Positions 13,141-26,030 are shown, numbered from the whole stretch's first letter. The stretch is DNA of 63,764 nucleotides, filler included, from Octopus bimaculoides (GCF_001194135.2; 7 parts of 6 records of this genome joined end to end with filler, not necessarily neighbours in it); one strand, 5' to 3'. Numbers and translations are program-made. The notes: generated from the sequence alone by a model not told the origin.

Positions 13141-14249
13141 AATTTTGTGGTGAACTCTGTTTCAACCTATATAACATTATAATCCACTGCTCTTGTGTTG
13201 GGTTCCTTCCCTTGACTATACTAGATACATTCAGATTAGTCCCTCTACGCTAATATTGATAATCATCTTTGTTATAATTTGTTTCAGAGATTCCATTTCT
13301 TTACATTCTGAGTGCCAACCCTGCTGAGGTCAACTTCACCTTTCATCCCTCTGGTCTTAATTAAACAAAGTATAAATCAAGTCCTGGAATCATTGAAATT
13401 GATCAATTCCCTTCATTTAACAATTGCTGGCCTTGTGCCTCAATTAGGAAGAGTTATTACCTTCAAAGATGTATATTCTTTAACCAAAATTGTTGCATTA
13501 GTTAGGAGATACTTATGGTTATTTAGAGTAATGTTTGGTTCATTTACTGTAATCTCAATTTCACTCTAAGCTAACATGTCACAGAGTATGGTCAGCCTTT
13601 TTGTGAGACCTTCTACAGAAAATGCTGCCACCATCACTTTTCTGTGACATTTCAAAGCTTATTTACTTTACCAGTGAATGAAACCACCAATGCTGGGGAG
13701 GTATGGAATGATGCTCTGGTATGCTTAGAAATACTGCTGCCAAATCTCACTCTAATTGCAATTTGCTTTATACTTAAAGACGAGATAATCATGATTAGAA
13801 TATCTTTGATCACAGACCTTTTCAATCAGAGCTAACAGAGCGTTAAACAACAACATCACCAAATTCTTGTTTGTCATCTTTGTTTATATATTCTGTTTTC
13901 GTTAAGACTGGCTGAGCAAAAACAAAACAGAATAACAAAATGAACTAAAATTAAAAAAAAAATACAAAAAGAAACCATGTTAATTTTCAATGGTAAACAA
14001 ATGTTTTTTCTTTATTCTTTTTTTTAGTTTTTAACTTGATTAGTGGCTATTAATTTATTTGGATAATTCCTCTGTTTTAAATCTATGTTTTCTCTCTTTT
14101 TCTCCCAGACATCCGCATTTTGACACACACACACACACACACATGCATACTAACACATGTATATGAATATGTATTGATTACTAACTTGTGTGCATGTGTG
14201 TATCTATGTGCTATATGCATGTGTATAAATATATGTGAATATCTGTTTT

Positions 14250-14667
14250 TATCACTAGAGAGATTTAAGGAAGAATGTTATGATCGAGAAAGTGAATTAC
14301 AATTTTGTGTGCACAGTTTGTGACAGACCATGCTTTTTTTCTGCTGGGCTGAAATCTCATTTGCAAACCCGTGGAAAACGAACCTCCACCAACTATTCTG
14401 CCTGTATATCTGTGCACACCTTTGAATGCAATGTATGGCAGATGGTTGGCAAATTTAACAAAGGCCTCAAAAGACATTTTAAGATTCACAAAGGTCAGAA
14501 CTTATCTACAGCTCCTGTTGGTCCAAATCAGATATGCAATCTATGTGAGTGTTTTTTGAAAACATTGTCTGGTTTAAAAAGCCACATCAGATGTCATGAC
14601 AATGCTAAGGTTTAGGTACAGGAGGTGGTCAAACTCTGCATATAAAAAGTAGACAACCACCATATAT
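14250..14667 (+). mobile_element. 3' end of an RTE-like LINE ORF2 with three C2H2 zinc fingers
   Basis: ERFKEECYDRE (frameshift), then FVCTVCDRPCFFSAGLKSHLQTR, FECNVWQMVGKFNKGLKRHFKIH, QICNLCECFLKTLSGLKSHIRCH, stop, short 3' UTR and TA tail; two fingers carry ligand substitutions. Confidence 0.65.
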
Positions 14668-14851
14668 NNNNNNNNNNNNNNNNNNNNNNNNNNNNNNNNN
14701 NNNNNNNNNNNTTAATTAATTAANNNNNNNNNNNNNNNNNNNNNNNNNNNNNNNNNNNNNNNNNNNNTATTATTATCATTATCATTATTACTACTTGAGG
14801 TGATAAATCGTTCGAATCGATGTTACATCGATTATTGCTATTTTTTTTTCC

Positions 14852-15070
14852 AAGGCGGTGAGCTGGCAGAGACGTTAGCACGCCGGGCGAAATGCTTGGC
14901 GGTATTTCGTCTGCCGCTACGTTGTGAGTTCAAATTCCGCTGAAGTCGACGTTGCCTTTCATCTTTTCGGACTTGATAAAAAATTAGTACCAGTTACACA
15001 CTTGGGTCGATGTAATCGACTTAATCCCTTCCCCCAAATCTGAGGCCTTGTACTTCTAGTAGAAAGCAGT
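14852..15070 (+). mobile_element. SINE family A, near full length
   Basis: A box GGCGGTGAGCTGGCAG, B box GAGTTCAAATTCC, body GTCGACGTTGCCTTTCATCTTTTCGG...TAGTACCAGT...GGGTCGATGTAATCGACT. Confidence 0.9.
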
Positions 15071-15862
15071 ATTATCAATTCTTACGGTTCCGTAATGTCT
15101 GCGTTCAATTCCTGCAGAAGTGGTCTTTTCCTTCCACCCATTCGGGGGGATGGACGGTATCAGCTAACCGTTTCTTTCAAAGTTATTGGTCGTTTGCAGA
15201 AATTAGATTAGAAAATGTTATTTTAGAAATTAATGATATTAATAGTAATAATAATAATAATATTTAACAAAATTATATATTTAGTTTTTTCTTTTTTGAA
15301 TGTCGCTGGCGATGAAGCCCGGNNNNNNNNNNNNNNNNNNNNNNNNNNNNNNNNNNNNNNNNNNNNNNNNNNNNNNNNNNNNNNNNNNNNNNNNNNNNNN
15401 NNNNNNNNNNNNNNNNNNNNNNNNNNNNNNNNNNNNNNNNNNNNNNNNNNNNNNNNNNNNNNNNNNNNNNNNNNNNNNNNNNNNNNNNNNNNNNNNNNNN
15501 NNNNNNNNNNNNNNNNNNNNNNNNNNNNNNNNNNNNNNNNNNNNNNNNNNNNNNNNNNNNNNNNNNNNNNNNNNNNNNNNNNNNNNNNNNNNNNNNNNNN
15601 NNNNNNNNNNNNNNNNNNNNNNNNNNNNNNNNNNNNNNNNNNNNNNNNNNNNNNNNNNNNNNNNNNNNNNNNNNNNNNNNNNNNNNNNNNNNNNNNNNNN
15701 NNNNNNNNNNNNNNNNNNNNNNNNNNNNNNNNNNNNNNNNNNNNNNNNNNNNNNNNNNNNNNNNNNNNNNNNNNNNNNNNNNNNNNNNNNNNNNNNNNNN
15801 NNNNNNNNNNNNNNNNNNNNNNNNNNNNNNNNNNNNNNNNNNNNNNNNNNNNNNNNNNNNNN

Positions 15863-15915
<53 letters not shown>

Positions 15916-16392
15916 TCTCTCTTTCTCTCTTGGCCCCGATGGATTAATTCGTTTTTATGAAATACATAAATACAGACATACATTGGAAAGTATATTTATA
16001 TGTATATATACATTGGGTAGTATATATACATATATATAAATACATATTATAAGCCATATATATATATATATATATATACATGTGTGTATATCAAGAGAAT
16101 TTATACGCGTTCCAAAACCGAAATACAAAAAAAAAAAAAAAAATCATCCACACATTCGCCGAAAAAAAAAAAAACTTTTTAAAAAATTGTATATTTATTA
16201 ATGAAATATCAATAATTGCAAGAATTAACTTCTCAGGATTATAATTAATTTTATTAAAAATAAAAGAAGTCATTGTTATTATTATTATTATTATTGTTTT
16301 TTTCTTTTGTTGCCAAGGTGAAAGGAAAAGAAAAGAATGAAATAGGTTTACAACAAAATCACACAAAAACGTTTACTGCGTTGAGACATGAA

Positions 16393-16398
16393 TCAGTT
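16393..16398 (+). promoter_or_regulatory. Initiator-like TCAGTT, candidate TSS
   Basis: TCAGTY motif about 300 bp upstream of the signal-peptide ATG, followed by UTR-like sequence; short motif that could occur by chance. Confidence 0.25.
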
Positions 16399-16623
16399 CG
16401 GATCTGCTGTTTACATGTGAAGAATAGCGCCAACAGCACCACCACCACCACCACCAACAACAACAACAATTTCTTCTAATTGATTTAAAAAGAGGAAGCC
16501 GTAAAACTGCAAAACACATCTATATACACAGACAAGTCATCCGGACTGTTTTAAAAAAGAAAAACTGTGAAATCTTTCATAAATACAAACATACATAAAT
16601 AGCGTTTCTTTTTCCTTTTTTTA

Positions 16624-16669
<46 letters not shown>

Positions 16670-16701
16670 TTGAATATTTTGCTTCTGAATTTCAAATAAA
16701 C

Positions 16702-16762
16702 ATGGAATTATTCTCGCTTTGGACTCAATTACTCTTACTTTTGATGAGTTCTACCTTTCTCG
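16702..16762 (+). CDS. Candidate first coding exon encoding a signal peptide (MELFSLWTQLLLLLMSSTFL, phase 1)
   Basis: AAAC-ATG-G start context, 20 codons with a hydrophobic core, then consensus donor G|GTGAGT; lies in non-repeat sequence. Confidence 0.62.
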
Positions 16763-17136
16763 GTGAGTAAATCACATTTTATCTTTTTTCTTTTCTTTCT
16801 TTCGCACGAATTGTTAAACTTCCAACATTTATTTATTTATTTGTCTTTATTTATTTTTATCATCATCATCATCATCATCATCATTATTATTACTGTTATT
16901 ATTATTATTACCATTATTATGCCACCGAGGTCGACTTTCCTGTCATGCCTCCGGGGTCGATAAAATAAGTCCCAGGTGAGCAGTGGGGACTCGCCCCCTC
17001 CTCACTAAATCTCAGGCCTTCTACCTGTAGTAGGAAGGATTATCTCAAATTTGAATAAACCGAAATATATTGTAAAGTTTACACATTTATTACTATGCCT
17101 TAAACTTTGCGAATATCACTACATGTGTTTGTGTAT

Positions 17137-17167
<31 letters not shown>

Positions 17168-17859
17168 TACACATACACACACAGACATGTATACGATTAC
17201 GTGACTTCTGTTCTCTTGCCATGTAATACGTCGATATAATCAATTGACCCTCTTCCCCTAAAATCGATGGCCTTTGATCCGATTACAGAAATGATTTTAA
17301 CGTGACGTAATGACAAACATCCATACGTGCGTATGTATATAGATATGTATTTAGGTCTGTATGTACGTATGTATGCATGTATGTAGTTTGGTAGATATGT
17401 TGGTATGTATTTAGGTCTGTAGGTATGTGTATATATACATAGGTATCTATTTAGGTATGTATGTATGTGTGTGCATGTATGTGCGTGTATGCCTACGTGA
17501 GTGATATGTGCTCATGGTAACGATGAAGCCTCTACGCGGTCGCTCGACCTGCTAGAAAACGCAGCCGGCTTTCCCTCACACCATCATACCTTCCATCGGA
17601 GAAAAATTGAAGCGACTTTGGATAATGTAATTCTGATGTTAGGATGTACCGTGTTCGATCTCGTTGCGCGGTATCTTGAGCAAGTGTCTTTTTCCATAGC
17701 CTCAGTTCGACCTAAAACCTCGTGAACGACAATGGAGTAGTTGGAAACTGTTCGGAAGCCTGTCGCATTAATTCAACTAGAAAATTTCGTTGATTTAATG
17801 AGTTAATCGGACAAGGGAATGCTCATTGCAGAACTAACGAAGGATCCATCACCATCATC

Positions 17860-17909
<50 letters not shown>

Positions 17910-18159
17910 CATCACCACCACCATCATTGACTAGAGTTTGGTAGCTGAAATGCTTTTGATTATAGATCCACTCATTCAGGCATGGCCTGGGGCTGTACGG
18001 CAACAACACAGAACAAATAGATATCAGTTTAGAAACTAGAGACAGGGGAGAAGTGAGAGTGAGAGAGAAGCGAAACAGTAGTGAGAGAGAGAGAGAGAGA
18101 AAGAGAAAGAGAGAGAAAGAGAGACTGACAGAGAGTGAGAGTATTCGGTCAAGCTGTGT

Positions 18160-18410
18160 ATTTCAGTGAACCGTTAAGCGGTCGCTAAAATTGCTAGAAA
18201 TAGCAGCCAAATATCATTGAAACTAGATTCCACCATTTTAAAAATGAAGAACATACGTTAATGAGTGAAGTCCTGAAACATACGCATTCGAAAAGAAAAA
18301 AAGAGAGAAAAGAAGAAATAGAAAAGACAGGATGGGCATGGCTGGAATGCCTTTGATCATAAGGTCTGTTCCATCAGGCAGGGCTGGCTCGGGGCTAAAG
18401 AAACAACTTG
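18160..18410 (+). mobile_element. Old interspersed repeat family C (GCTAGAAATAGCAGCCAAAT...GGCTGGAATGCCTTTGATCAT...GGGGCTAAA(CAA)n)
   Basis: Diverged copies also near 13700-13860, 17520-17660, 20830-21010, 24215-24420, 44885-45080 and 52415-52690 (+), and 23575-23740 and 27935-28105 (-); SINE-like tail. Confidence 0.7.
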
Positions 18411-20018
18411 GATAAATGTATTAACATATTTTTTTAATGTGTTGAACGTTGATTTATTGGTTTGTTTGTTGTTATTGTTTAGTGGGCTGTACTAGGTGTG
18501 GCCAGGGATTAGAAGAGGGAGGTTTCAATCAGTAATGGTCCGGGGCCTGAAAAAGAGCCCTTGAATATCCGACCGAGCCGTCTTTGAAAAATTCTTACTG
18601 CTCCTTTAAATTTTTAGAAGGCACAAACTACNNNNNNNNNNNNNNNNNNNNNNNNNNNNNNNNNNNNNNNNNNNNNNNNNNNNNNNNNNNNNNNNNNNNN
18701 NNNNNNNNNNNNNNNNNNNNNNNNNNNNNNNNNNNNNNNNNNNNNNNNNNNNNNNNNNNNNNNNNNNNNNNNNNNNNNNNNNNNNNNNNNNNNNNNNNNN
18801 NNNNNNNNNNNNNNNNNNNNNNNNNNNNNNNNNNNNNNNNNNNNNNNNNNNNNNNNNNNNNNNNNNNNNNNNNNNNNNNNNNNNNNNNNNNNNNNNNNNN
18901 NNNNNNNNNNNNNNNNNNNNNNNNNNNNNNNNNNNNNNNNNNNNNNNNNNNNNNNNNNNNNNNNNNNNNNNNNNNNNNNNNNNNNNNNNNNNNNNNNNNN
19001 NNNNNNNNNNNNNNNNNNNNNNNNNNNNNNNNNNNNNNNNNNNNNNNNNNNNNNNNNNNNNNNNNNNNNNNNNNNNNNNNNNNNNNNNNNNNNNNNNNNN
19101 NNNNNNNNNNNNNNNNNNNNNNNNNNNNNNNNNNNNNNNNNNNNNNNNNNNNNNNNNNNNNNNNNNNNNNNNNNNNNNNNNNNNNNNNNNNNNNNNNNNN
19201 NNNNNNNNNNNNNNNNNNNNNNNNNNNNNNNNNNNNNNNNNNNNNNNNNNNNNNNNNNNNNNNNNNNNNNNNNNNNNNNNNNNNNNNNNNNNNNNNNNNN
19301 NNNNNNNNNNNNNNNNNNNNNNNNNNNNNNNNNNNNNNNNNNNNNNNNNNNNNNNNNNNNNNNNNNNNNNNNNNNNNNNNNNNNNNNNNNNNNNNNNNNN
19401 NNNNNNNNNNNNNNNNNNNNNNNNNNNNNNNNNNNNNNNNNNNNNNNNNNNNNNNNNNNNNNNNNNNNNNNNNNNNNNAACTACATGCACGCACACACAC
19501 ACATACACCTATGCAAACTGTAGAGTGTTTGTTAGCGTGTCGTTAAAAGAATCGCGAGATAAAGTAGAATCTAAGTTTTTAGATGAGGCCTTTTAGTTCT
19601 TCGGGTCTCAAAAAAAAAAAAAAAATAGCTGTATGCCAGTAAGAGAATGCTTTGGCTTTTGTTGTCAATGTTCTTTAGGTTTCTTCTGCATTTCATGCTT
19701 TTATCTCTGCTATGTCTTGTAGCAATCTCTTAGAGATTGTTACTTCAGACACCATTTAAACATTTTCCCTCTAAAACCTAACATATATGCATGTATATAT
19801 ATGGATGTATAGCGCATATTGTATATAATGATATATAATGATATATATACATATAGGTTTAAAGGAAATACGCCCAAACCCTATGAATCGGTTTCAATTC
19901 ACTGATGGAGTTATCAATATTGAAATTGTCTGTGATACTTTTATCGACAACAGAATCTACACGATACACACATATACAGAGGAATGTATATAATCAGATA
20001 ATTACGTGCTGCTGCTGC

Positions 20019-20073
<55 letters not shown>

Positions 20074-21618
20074 GGTGGTGTTCTCATTTTGTCAGTTCAA
20101 ACCTGATTGAGCAAAGCCCCTTATCCAAGCTAATCCAGCATCAGCGGTGCAGCTAGAGTGCATGCACCAAGGGGCAGCGTTTCAGTTTCCCCTCCCATCC
20201 CTGCCCNNNNNNNNNNGTTCTCATTTTGTCAGTTCAAACCTGATTGAGCAAAGCCCCTTATCCAAGCTAATCCAGCATCAGCGGTGCAGCTAGAGTGCAT
20301 GCACCAAGGGGCAGCGTTTCAGTTTCCCCTCCCATCCCTGCCCCCACACCTATTCAGGTTTATTACAAAGCTGACTCAAATGTGCCGTTCCCATAAAAGA
20401 GTACCCCCCCCCCACCGGGGCAGAACGCCCCGACCCTATGCTATACTCTCCCAGCAATAATCATTCTTTTTCTCAGGCATTATGTACCTTAGACTACATT
20501 TATCAATATGTGCTTCCTTTCTTATAAAGATAGTAGTGTGGAGTGAGGGAAAGTTGGCTATTATTTCTAACAGTCAGAGCAGCTTCGAAGGAGTGTTCTC
20601 GCTAAATAGATCGCTAGCACGAGCCTTCGTATTCCGGAGGAAAGGGTTTTGCCGATTTAATCGGTTTCACTACTTGACTCGTGTTGACTGGTACTTATCG
20701 ACGCCGGAAGGGGAAAAGATAAAAATCAAACATGGCCGTGGCACAGTCTACCGATTCAGCAAAATTCCTGTGCTTGATTAAAGTTCTGGAAATTTCTTTA
20801 ATACTCTAACCTTACATATCACTAAAAGGAGGCGAGGCAACGAGAAAGTAACCCCGAGAAAGTCACTCGACCAATTTCGAAAAAATGTAAACGGTAAAAC
20901 CCTGAATAATCCTCGATAGACAGTTTGGCAAAGCAAAATATCTGATTGCCTTTGTCTGTAAATTCTTTGATCACAAGTCTATCTCCACGATCAGAATTAA
21001 ACACAACCAGCATTCACTAAAAGGACTTCTTTTAGTCAAATTATCACCATGATAAAATAAGTGGTGGTAGCGAAGTAAGATAAAAAGCGGTCGGAAGAGG
21101 CGAGTACGGCACAGCAATTTTTTCCCCTCCTCCGATGCAGGGCTCCGCATGAAACAACTCCAGCGCCACCACCACCGCGATTAAACGCATTCATATTTGT
21201 GAACTCCAGTTACATTGTTCTGTAAACATCTGCTCACATCCACACGTGTTATTGTTGATGCCAGGAAGGTAGAGGAAAATAGAGGGGAAAATATACGAGA
21301 GACAGAGAGATGCCAGCAGTTATGCCGGGCCGGTGTTTTTGTTTCTGCACATCTGTGAAGCAGATAGGAAAAAGAAAGAGATGCATAGGTGGAGATTCAG
21401 AGGCCGGGTGTTCCTTTTACAAGCTGGGCCTCTTCTGTTTCGTCTTGTCTCATACAAATTGCCCTGGCTTATCTATAAACGTTCTACCTCTGCTATCGAA
21501 GCGTAGTCACTAACGCGTGTAGAGAATTATAATTGCGTGTGTTATAGAAGATTCTATGAAACGTAGCAGAAATATCAATGTACGTCTGTATGCATGCAGC
21601 CATATATGCGTGTGTGCG

Positions 21619-21680
21619 TTAACATGTAGTCAGATTAACATGTAGTCAGATTAACATGTAGTCGTTAACATGTAGTCAGA
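21619..21680. repeat. 16-bp minisatellite (TTAACATGTAGTCAGA) x about 4
   Basis: Direct tandem units with no spacers. Confidence 0.9.
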
Positions 21681-22401
21681 TGTATTTAATGTGTGTGTAT
21701 AATAATAATGATATAAACGCACGTGCGCGCACACACACATGCAAACGCACTCACACGCACGCTCACACGTATNNNNNNNNNNNNNNNNNNNNNNNNNNNN
21801 NNNNNNNNNNNNNNNNNNNNNNNNNNNNNNNNNNNNNNNNNNNNNNNNNNNNNNNNNNNNNNNNNNNNNNNNNNNNNNNNNNNNNNNNNNNNNNNNNNNN
21901 NATATAGATAAATAGATAGATAGATAACACAAACACGCAGCTAACTACCTACCATGCACTATTGAAAAATGAAATGTGTGTAAGTGTGTGTGTGTGTGCA
22001 TTTCTGTCAAATAAATTCCTGTCGGTGAAATGTTTGAGTTTAAAGGACGTGTTTGTCCGTTTCGACTTAATGTCTTTTTAATGCAATTAGAATCACGTCT
22101 ACCATCATCACCTTCTCACATCATCCGCACGCACACACATATATATACACACATATATATACACACGCACAACATACATACTTCCATACGTACATTGCTA
22201 CATACTTATTATATCTATGTGCCTTTGTGTGTGTGTGTGTCAATCAAAGAAAATAAAACAAAGCGCCGATAATGCGTGTGAAATGCTATACAATATGGCC
22301 GTATGTGCGGCTGCATGTGCAAAGTGTTGGCAGTGTTTACATATTCAGCATTTGAAATGGAGGGGGGGGAAACAAAAAGCAAAACTAGGTCGCGCGTACC
22401 T

Positions 22402-22446
<45 letters not shown>

Positions 22447-22769
22447 CCGAATATACGCGAATCCTACCCCGAATGACAACCTCTTATTTATGTATTGCCC
22501 GAATGTGAATCATTATAACTTAGTAACAACTGCTTGGTGTTTTAGAAAAATCTTTGAGATGATTTCTTAACAAGAACCATCATTTATTTGCCTCCCCCCC
22601 CCGTGTTATTAAGAAGCTGCTTTGCAACCATGTAGTTTCAGTTTCGATCCCACTGTGCGCCAACTTGGTTAAGTGTCTTCAACTATATCCCTGGGCTTCG
22701 TTCAATGCCTTACGAGTGAACTTGGTGGACATGGCAACTTGTATGGAGGCCCATTCATTGTGTGTGTAC

Positions 22770-22829
<60 letters not shown>

Positions 22830-23084
22830 CGCTTGCTTGTTTCAGTCATTGGACTGCGGCCATGCTGAGGCACCACCTTGAAGTCTTTTACTCGAACGAA
22901 TCGACCTTAGTACTTGTTTATTTAAGCCTGACACTTATGTTATCGGTATATGTTGCTGAACCGCTAGGTTACGGGGACGTATATACACCAACACCGGTTG
23001 TCAAGAGCTACAAACGTGACTTTTGAAACTTTATTCACCAGAGTTATGACTTGTTCTCTATGGGGCTTCCATTACGTAATCAAT

Positions 23085-23280
23085 TTTACATAACGCCGGG
23101 CGAAATGCTTAGCAACGGTATTTCGTGTCTTTACGTTCTGAGTTCAAATTCCGCCGAGGTCGACTTTGCCTTTCAACCTTTCGGGGTCGATAAAATAAGT
23201 ACCAGTCATGTACTGGGGTCGATCTAATCGACTGTCCTCTTCCCAGAAATGTCAGGCCTTGTGCCAAGAGTAGAAACGAA
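23085..23280 (+). mobile_element. SINE family A
   Basis: CGCCGGGCGAAATGCTTAGC...GAGTTCAAATTCCGCCGAGGTCGACTTTGCCTTTCA...GGGGTCGATAAAATAAGTACCAG. Confidence 0.9.
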
Positions 23281-24014
23281 CATTACATAACCATTGATCA
23301 CTTCCGTGTTTACCAACTGGTTTCTGCCGCCCTTGGGCTTCTTGTATTCCATTAAAAGTCTCTATAATTGGGAATCCCTATCTTACGTTTCTCGGGTCTT
23401 TTACAGTGAATTTCCCACCATTTTCATTCACCGTCGTCATTCATCCATTCCTTCCTTCCTTCCTTCCTTCCTTTTTTTTTTTATCTTTTGTCTCTTGCTT
23501 ACTTTTTCTCCTTTGAAGTTCCGCTTTCTTTCGTTTTTTTATACTGTCTTGAATATATTCATTCTTATATTAGCTCTGATCCAGCAGACCTATTAATGGT
23601 AAGTTATTCCAACCGTAACCACCAACGTCTGCAATTTTAAGGAGCGTTAGGGAAGGACTACAGTGTCAAATGTGTTTACTTTATTTCGACCCGTGTATGA
23701 TATGAAGAGGATCTGGCTGTTATTTCTAACAAGTCGAGCGACATATAGTAGTTATATCATTTCCTCGTGGCGACTGAAATTCATTTGCGAAGTTTATAAT
23801 GTCTTTGTGAATGGCATTCATCGCAAAACATCATATTTCTTTCGTCCAGAAAACATACCAACTTTTAAGCATTTTTGCTCAACCAAAGTGAGTGATGAAG
23901 GTTAGCGCAAACGATTGAGAGAACCTCTTAGTCTTCGATGCTTTATAGACAGAAATAATGGAAGATATTTTTTTTAGGCAGAAATATAGAAAAAATAGAT
24001 AACAATATTGGGAG

Positions 24015-24088
24015 ATATATACAGAAATATTGAATATATATAGAAATATTGAATATATACAGAAATATTGAATATATATAGAAATATA
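24015..24088. repeat. About 19-bp minisatellite (ATATATACAGAAATATTGA) x4
   Basis: Direct reading. Confidence 0.85.
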
Positions 24089-24609
24089 AAGAGATATTTG
24101 TATGAAGTTACGGATAAATTCGTCTTCCTTTTGTACAAAAAACGAAGCTCGTGATCCGAAAATGATTTCGACAACCCGTCCTAGAATATGCACCTATCTA
24201 GAGAAGCATGAACCAATAAGAGAACCTCTACGTGGTCCTTTGGCCTTGTTAGAAATAGCAGCCTAATCCCCTTTAAATTACATCCTACTATATTTAAAAA
24301 GGGTCGGACACATTAGATAATATAGTCCTGAACGGCCATGAAAAGGCGGAGCTGTCACATAGGGAATACCTGTGATCATTGGTCACAAGTCTATCATGCA
24401 CACCCAGGGCTAAACAGCAATCTAAATATAGTTGAATAGCTGTATAACTGCTGGGGGTGGGGTGGGGTGAGTATTTGAAGATATGCAATCGTTGTGTCCC
24501 TACTTCGGATCGATCCTTGGAGCTGTCCTCTATTTTATATGGTTATATATATACGTGTATGTACGGTTGTATGTATGTGTGTGCGGGCGTGTGTGTGTAT
24601 GTCTGCATG

Positions 24610-24646
<37 letters not shown>

Positions 24647-24719
24647 AAATACGCTCCACCTGTTGTAGTATAACAGGAATTGCATACTCGGTTATTGAAC
24701 ATTACACCACGAGAAGGGG

Positions 24720-24751
<32 letters not shown>

Positions 24752-25635
24752 ATCCATAGGTACGCGTGTGTGCATCCGCGCCTCCTTATGCATGCGGACA
24801 CATGTATGTATGTGTGTGCGTCCGTGTGCTGGGAGACAAATGGAAAGACCTACACGTATCCTGCACACACGCACTCACGCACACATCCCTGTTGAGAATC
24901 AGGCTAAGAAATGTGTGAGTGTTTTAAGGGATGGCTGGTCTACACAAGAATAACAGTCGGCGGCCCCTTTAAGAATTACTACAAGTTTTAACTCCCTCTA
25001 TGTCTGTGCATCTCTTCCTCCCCTTCGCTCTCTCTCTCTCCCCTTCTAACGTCTCTTTCTTTTCCTTCCTCTTTCATCCATTCTCTCTCCAGCCTCTCCT
25101 CCTCTGCTTTCGTCTGCCCGTCACTTATCGGAAAGAGATGACAAACAACGAAATTTAGTTGCTGGGTCTTATGACTTTCGGATGTCACTGTTACGGGTTC
25201 AAATCTCAGAGGGATCAAGTTCGCTCTTCACTCCTCCGTACTTAGATAAAATATTTCTTTTTATTTATGGCTAGGTGGTAACAAGTTTGCTTCCTAACCA
25301 CATAGCTCCGAGTTCAGGCCTAAGTCTCACTGCATGGTACCTTGGGCAAATGTCTTCTACTATAGCCTCGAGCCGACTAAAGCCTTGTTAGTGGATTTAG
25401 TAGACGGAAACTGAAAAGAAGCCCGCCGTATATATGTGTGTGTGAGTGTATGTGTTCGTTCGCAACCTAGCAGACTCTTGTTAACCATTCCAAAACACAT
25501 AAAGATTACCGTCAACTTCACTCAAATGTTTATAGTTTGTAATATGGCGTTGAAATTTTCTTCGCATCGAACATTAAACTGAAGAATTACTCAACACTTT
25601 ATTTATAATAGTTTTACAAGAAAAGGTTTGAATGG

Positions 25636-25745
25636 GACTTCGAAGTTTCGACTTGCTAGCTTTCGTTAGACTGTCCGATGAAGGCTAGTAGGCTGACACT
25701 TCGAAGTCACTGTAATCCTCTTTTTATAAAAGTCTAATAAATAAG
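25636..25745. mobile_element. Penelope-like pseudo-LTR remnant: inverted plus direct copy, each with a decayed hammerhead
   Basis: Minus: GACAGT-CTAACGA-A-AGCTAGCAAGTC-GAAACTTCGAAGTC. Plus: CCGATGA-AGGCTAGTAGGCT-GACACTTCGAAGTC-ACTGT. Palindromic stem III ACTTCGAAGT and GUC site. Confidence 0.7.
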
Positions 25746-25754
25746 CGCTGATAT

Positions 25755-26030
25755 CCAAATGGTTAAGAGGTTGTGCTCCCGATCATAAGGTCATGGTGCT
25801 CCACTTCTGAACCACCGCGTTGTGTCCTTAAGCAATGAAACTCATTCTTACATCATTTCATGTAGTTGCTAAGTGACCTTCCAGTGTAATCCTCTCTCTG
25901 CAGCTGTCACACCTTCGATGTTCCGCCAAGGTGTTCATCCGCGGCTCGTATTGTCACCAAAAGTAATTAGTAAAAACCTGCTACTACTCGCCAGGTTATG
26001 CTCGCTTGCGAGTGACGGCTAAGCCTTTAA
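25755..26030 (+). mobile_element. CORE-type tRNA SINE, decayed
   Basis: AATGGTTAAGAGG head and GCGTTGTGTCCTTAAGCAA CORE-like motif, as at 49029. Confidence 0.6.

Noticed and set aside
19885-19945. CTGATGG…GAAAT with an adjacent inverted GTTTCAAT, a possible PLE scar (similar hints at 2226-2280 and 46635-46675)
   Set aside because: The cores are too degenerate to distinguish from chance without a consensus.
20080-20343. 127-bp tandem duplication
   Set aside because: The copies are identical and sit on either side of a 10-N gap, which is typical unmerged contig overlap.
23575-23610. Strong donor ATG|GTAAGT
   Set aside because: It lies inside a minus-strand family C repeat and has no upstream exon frame.
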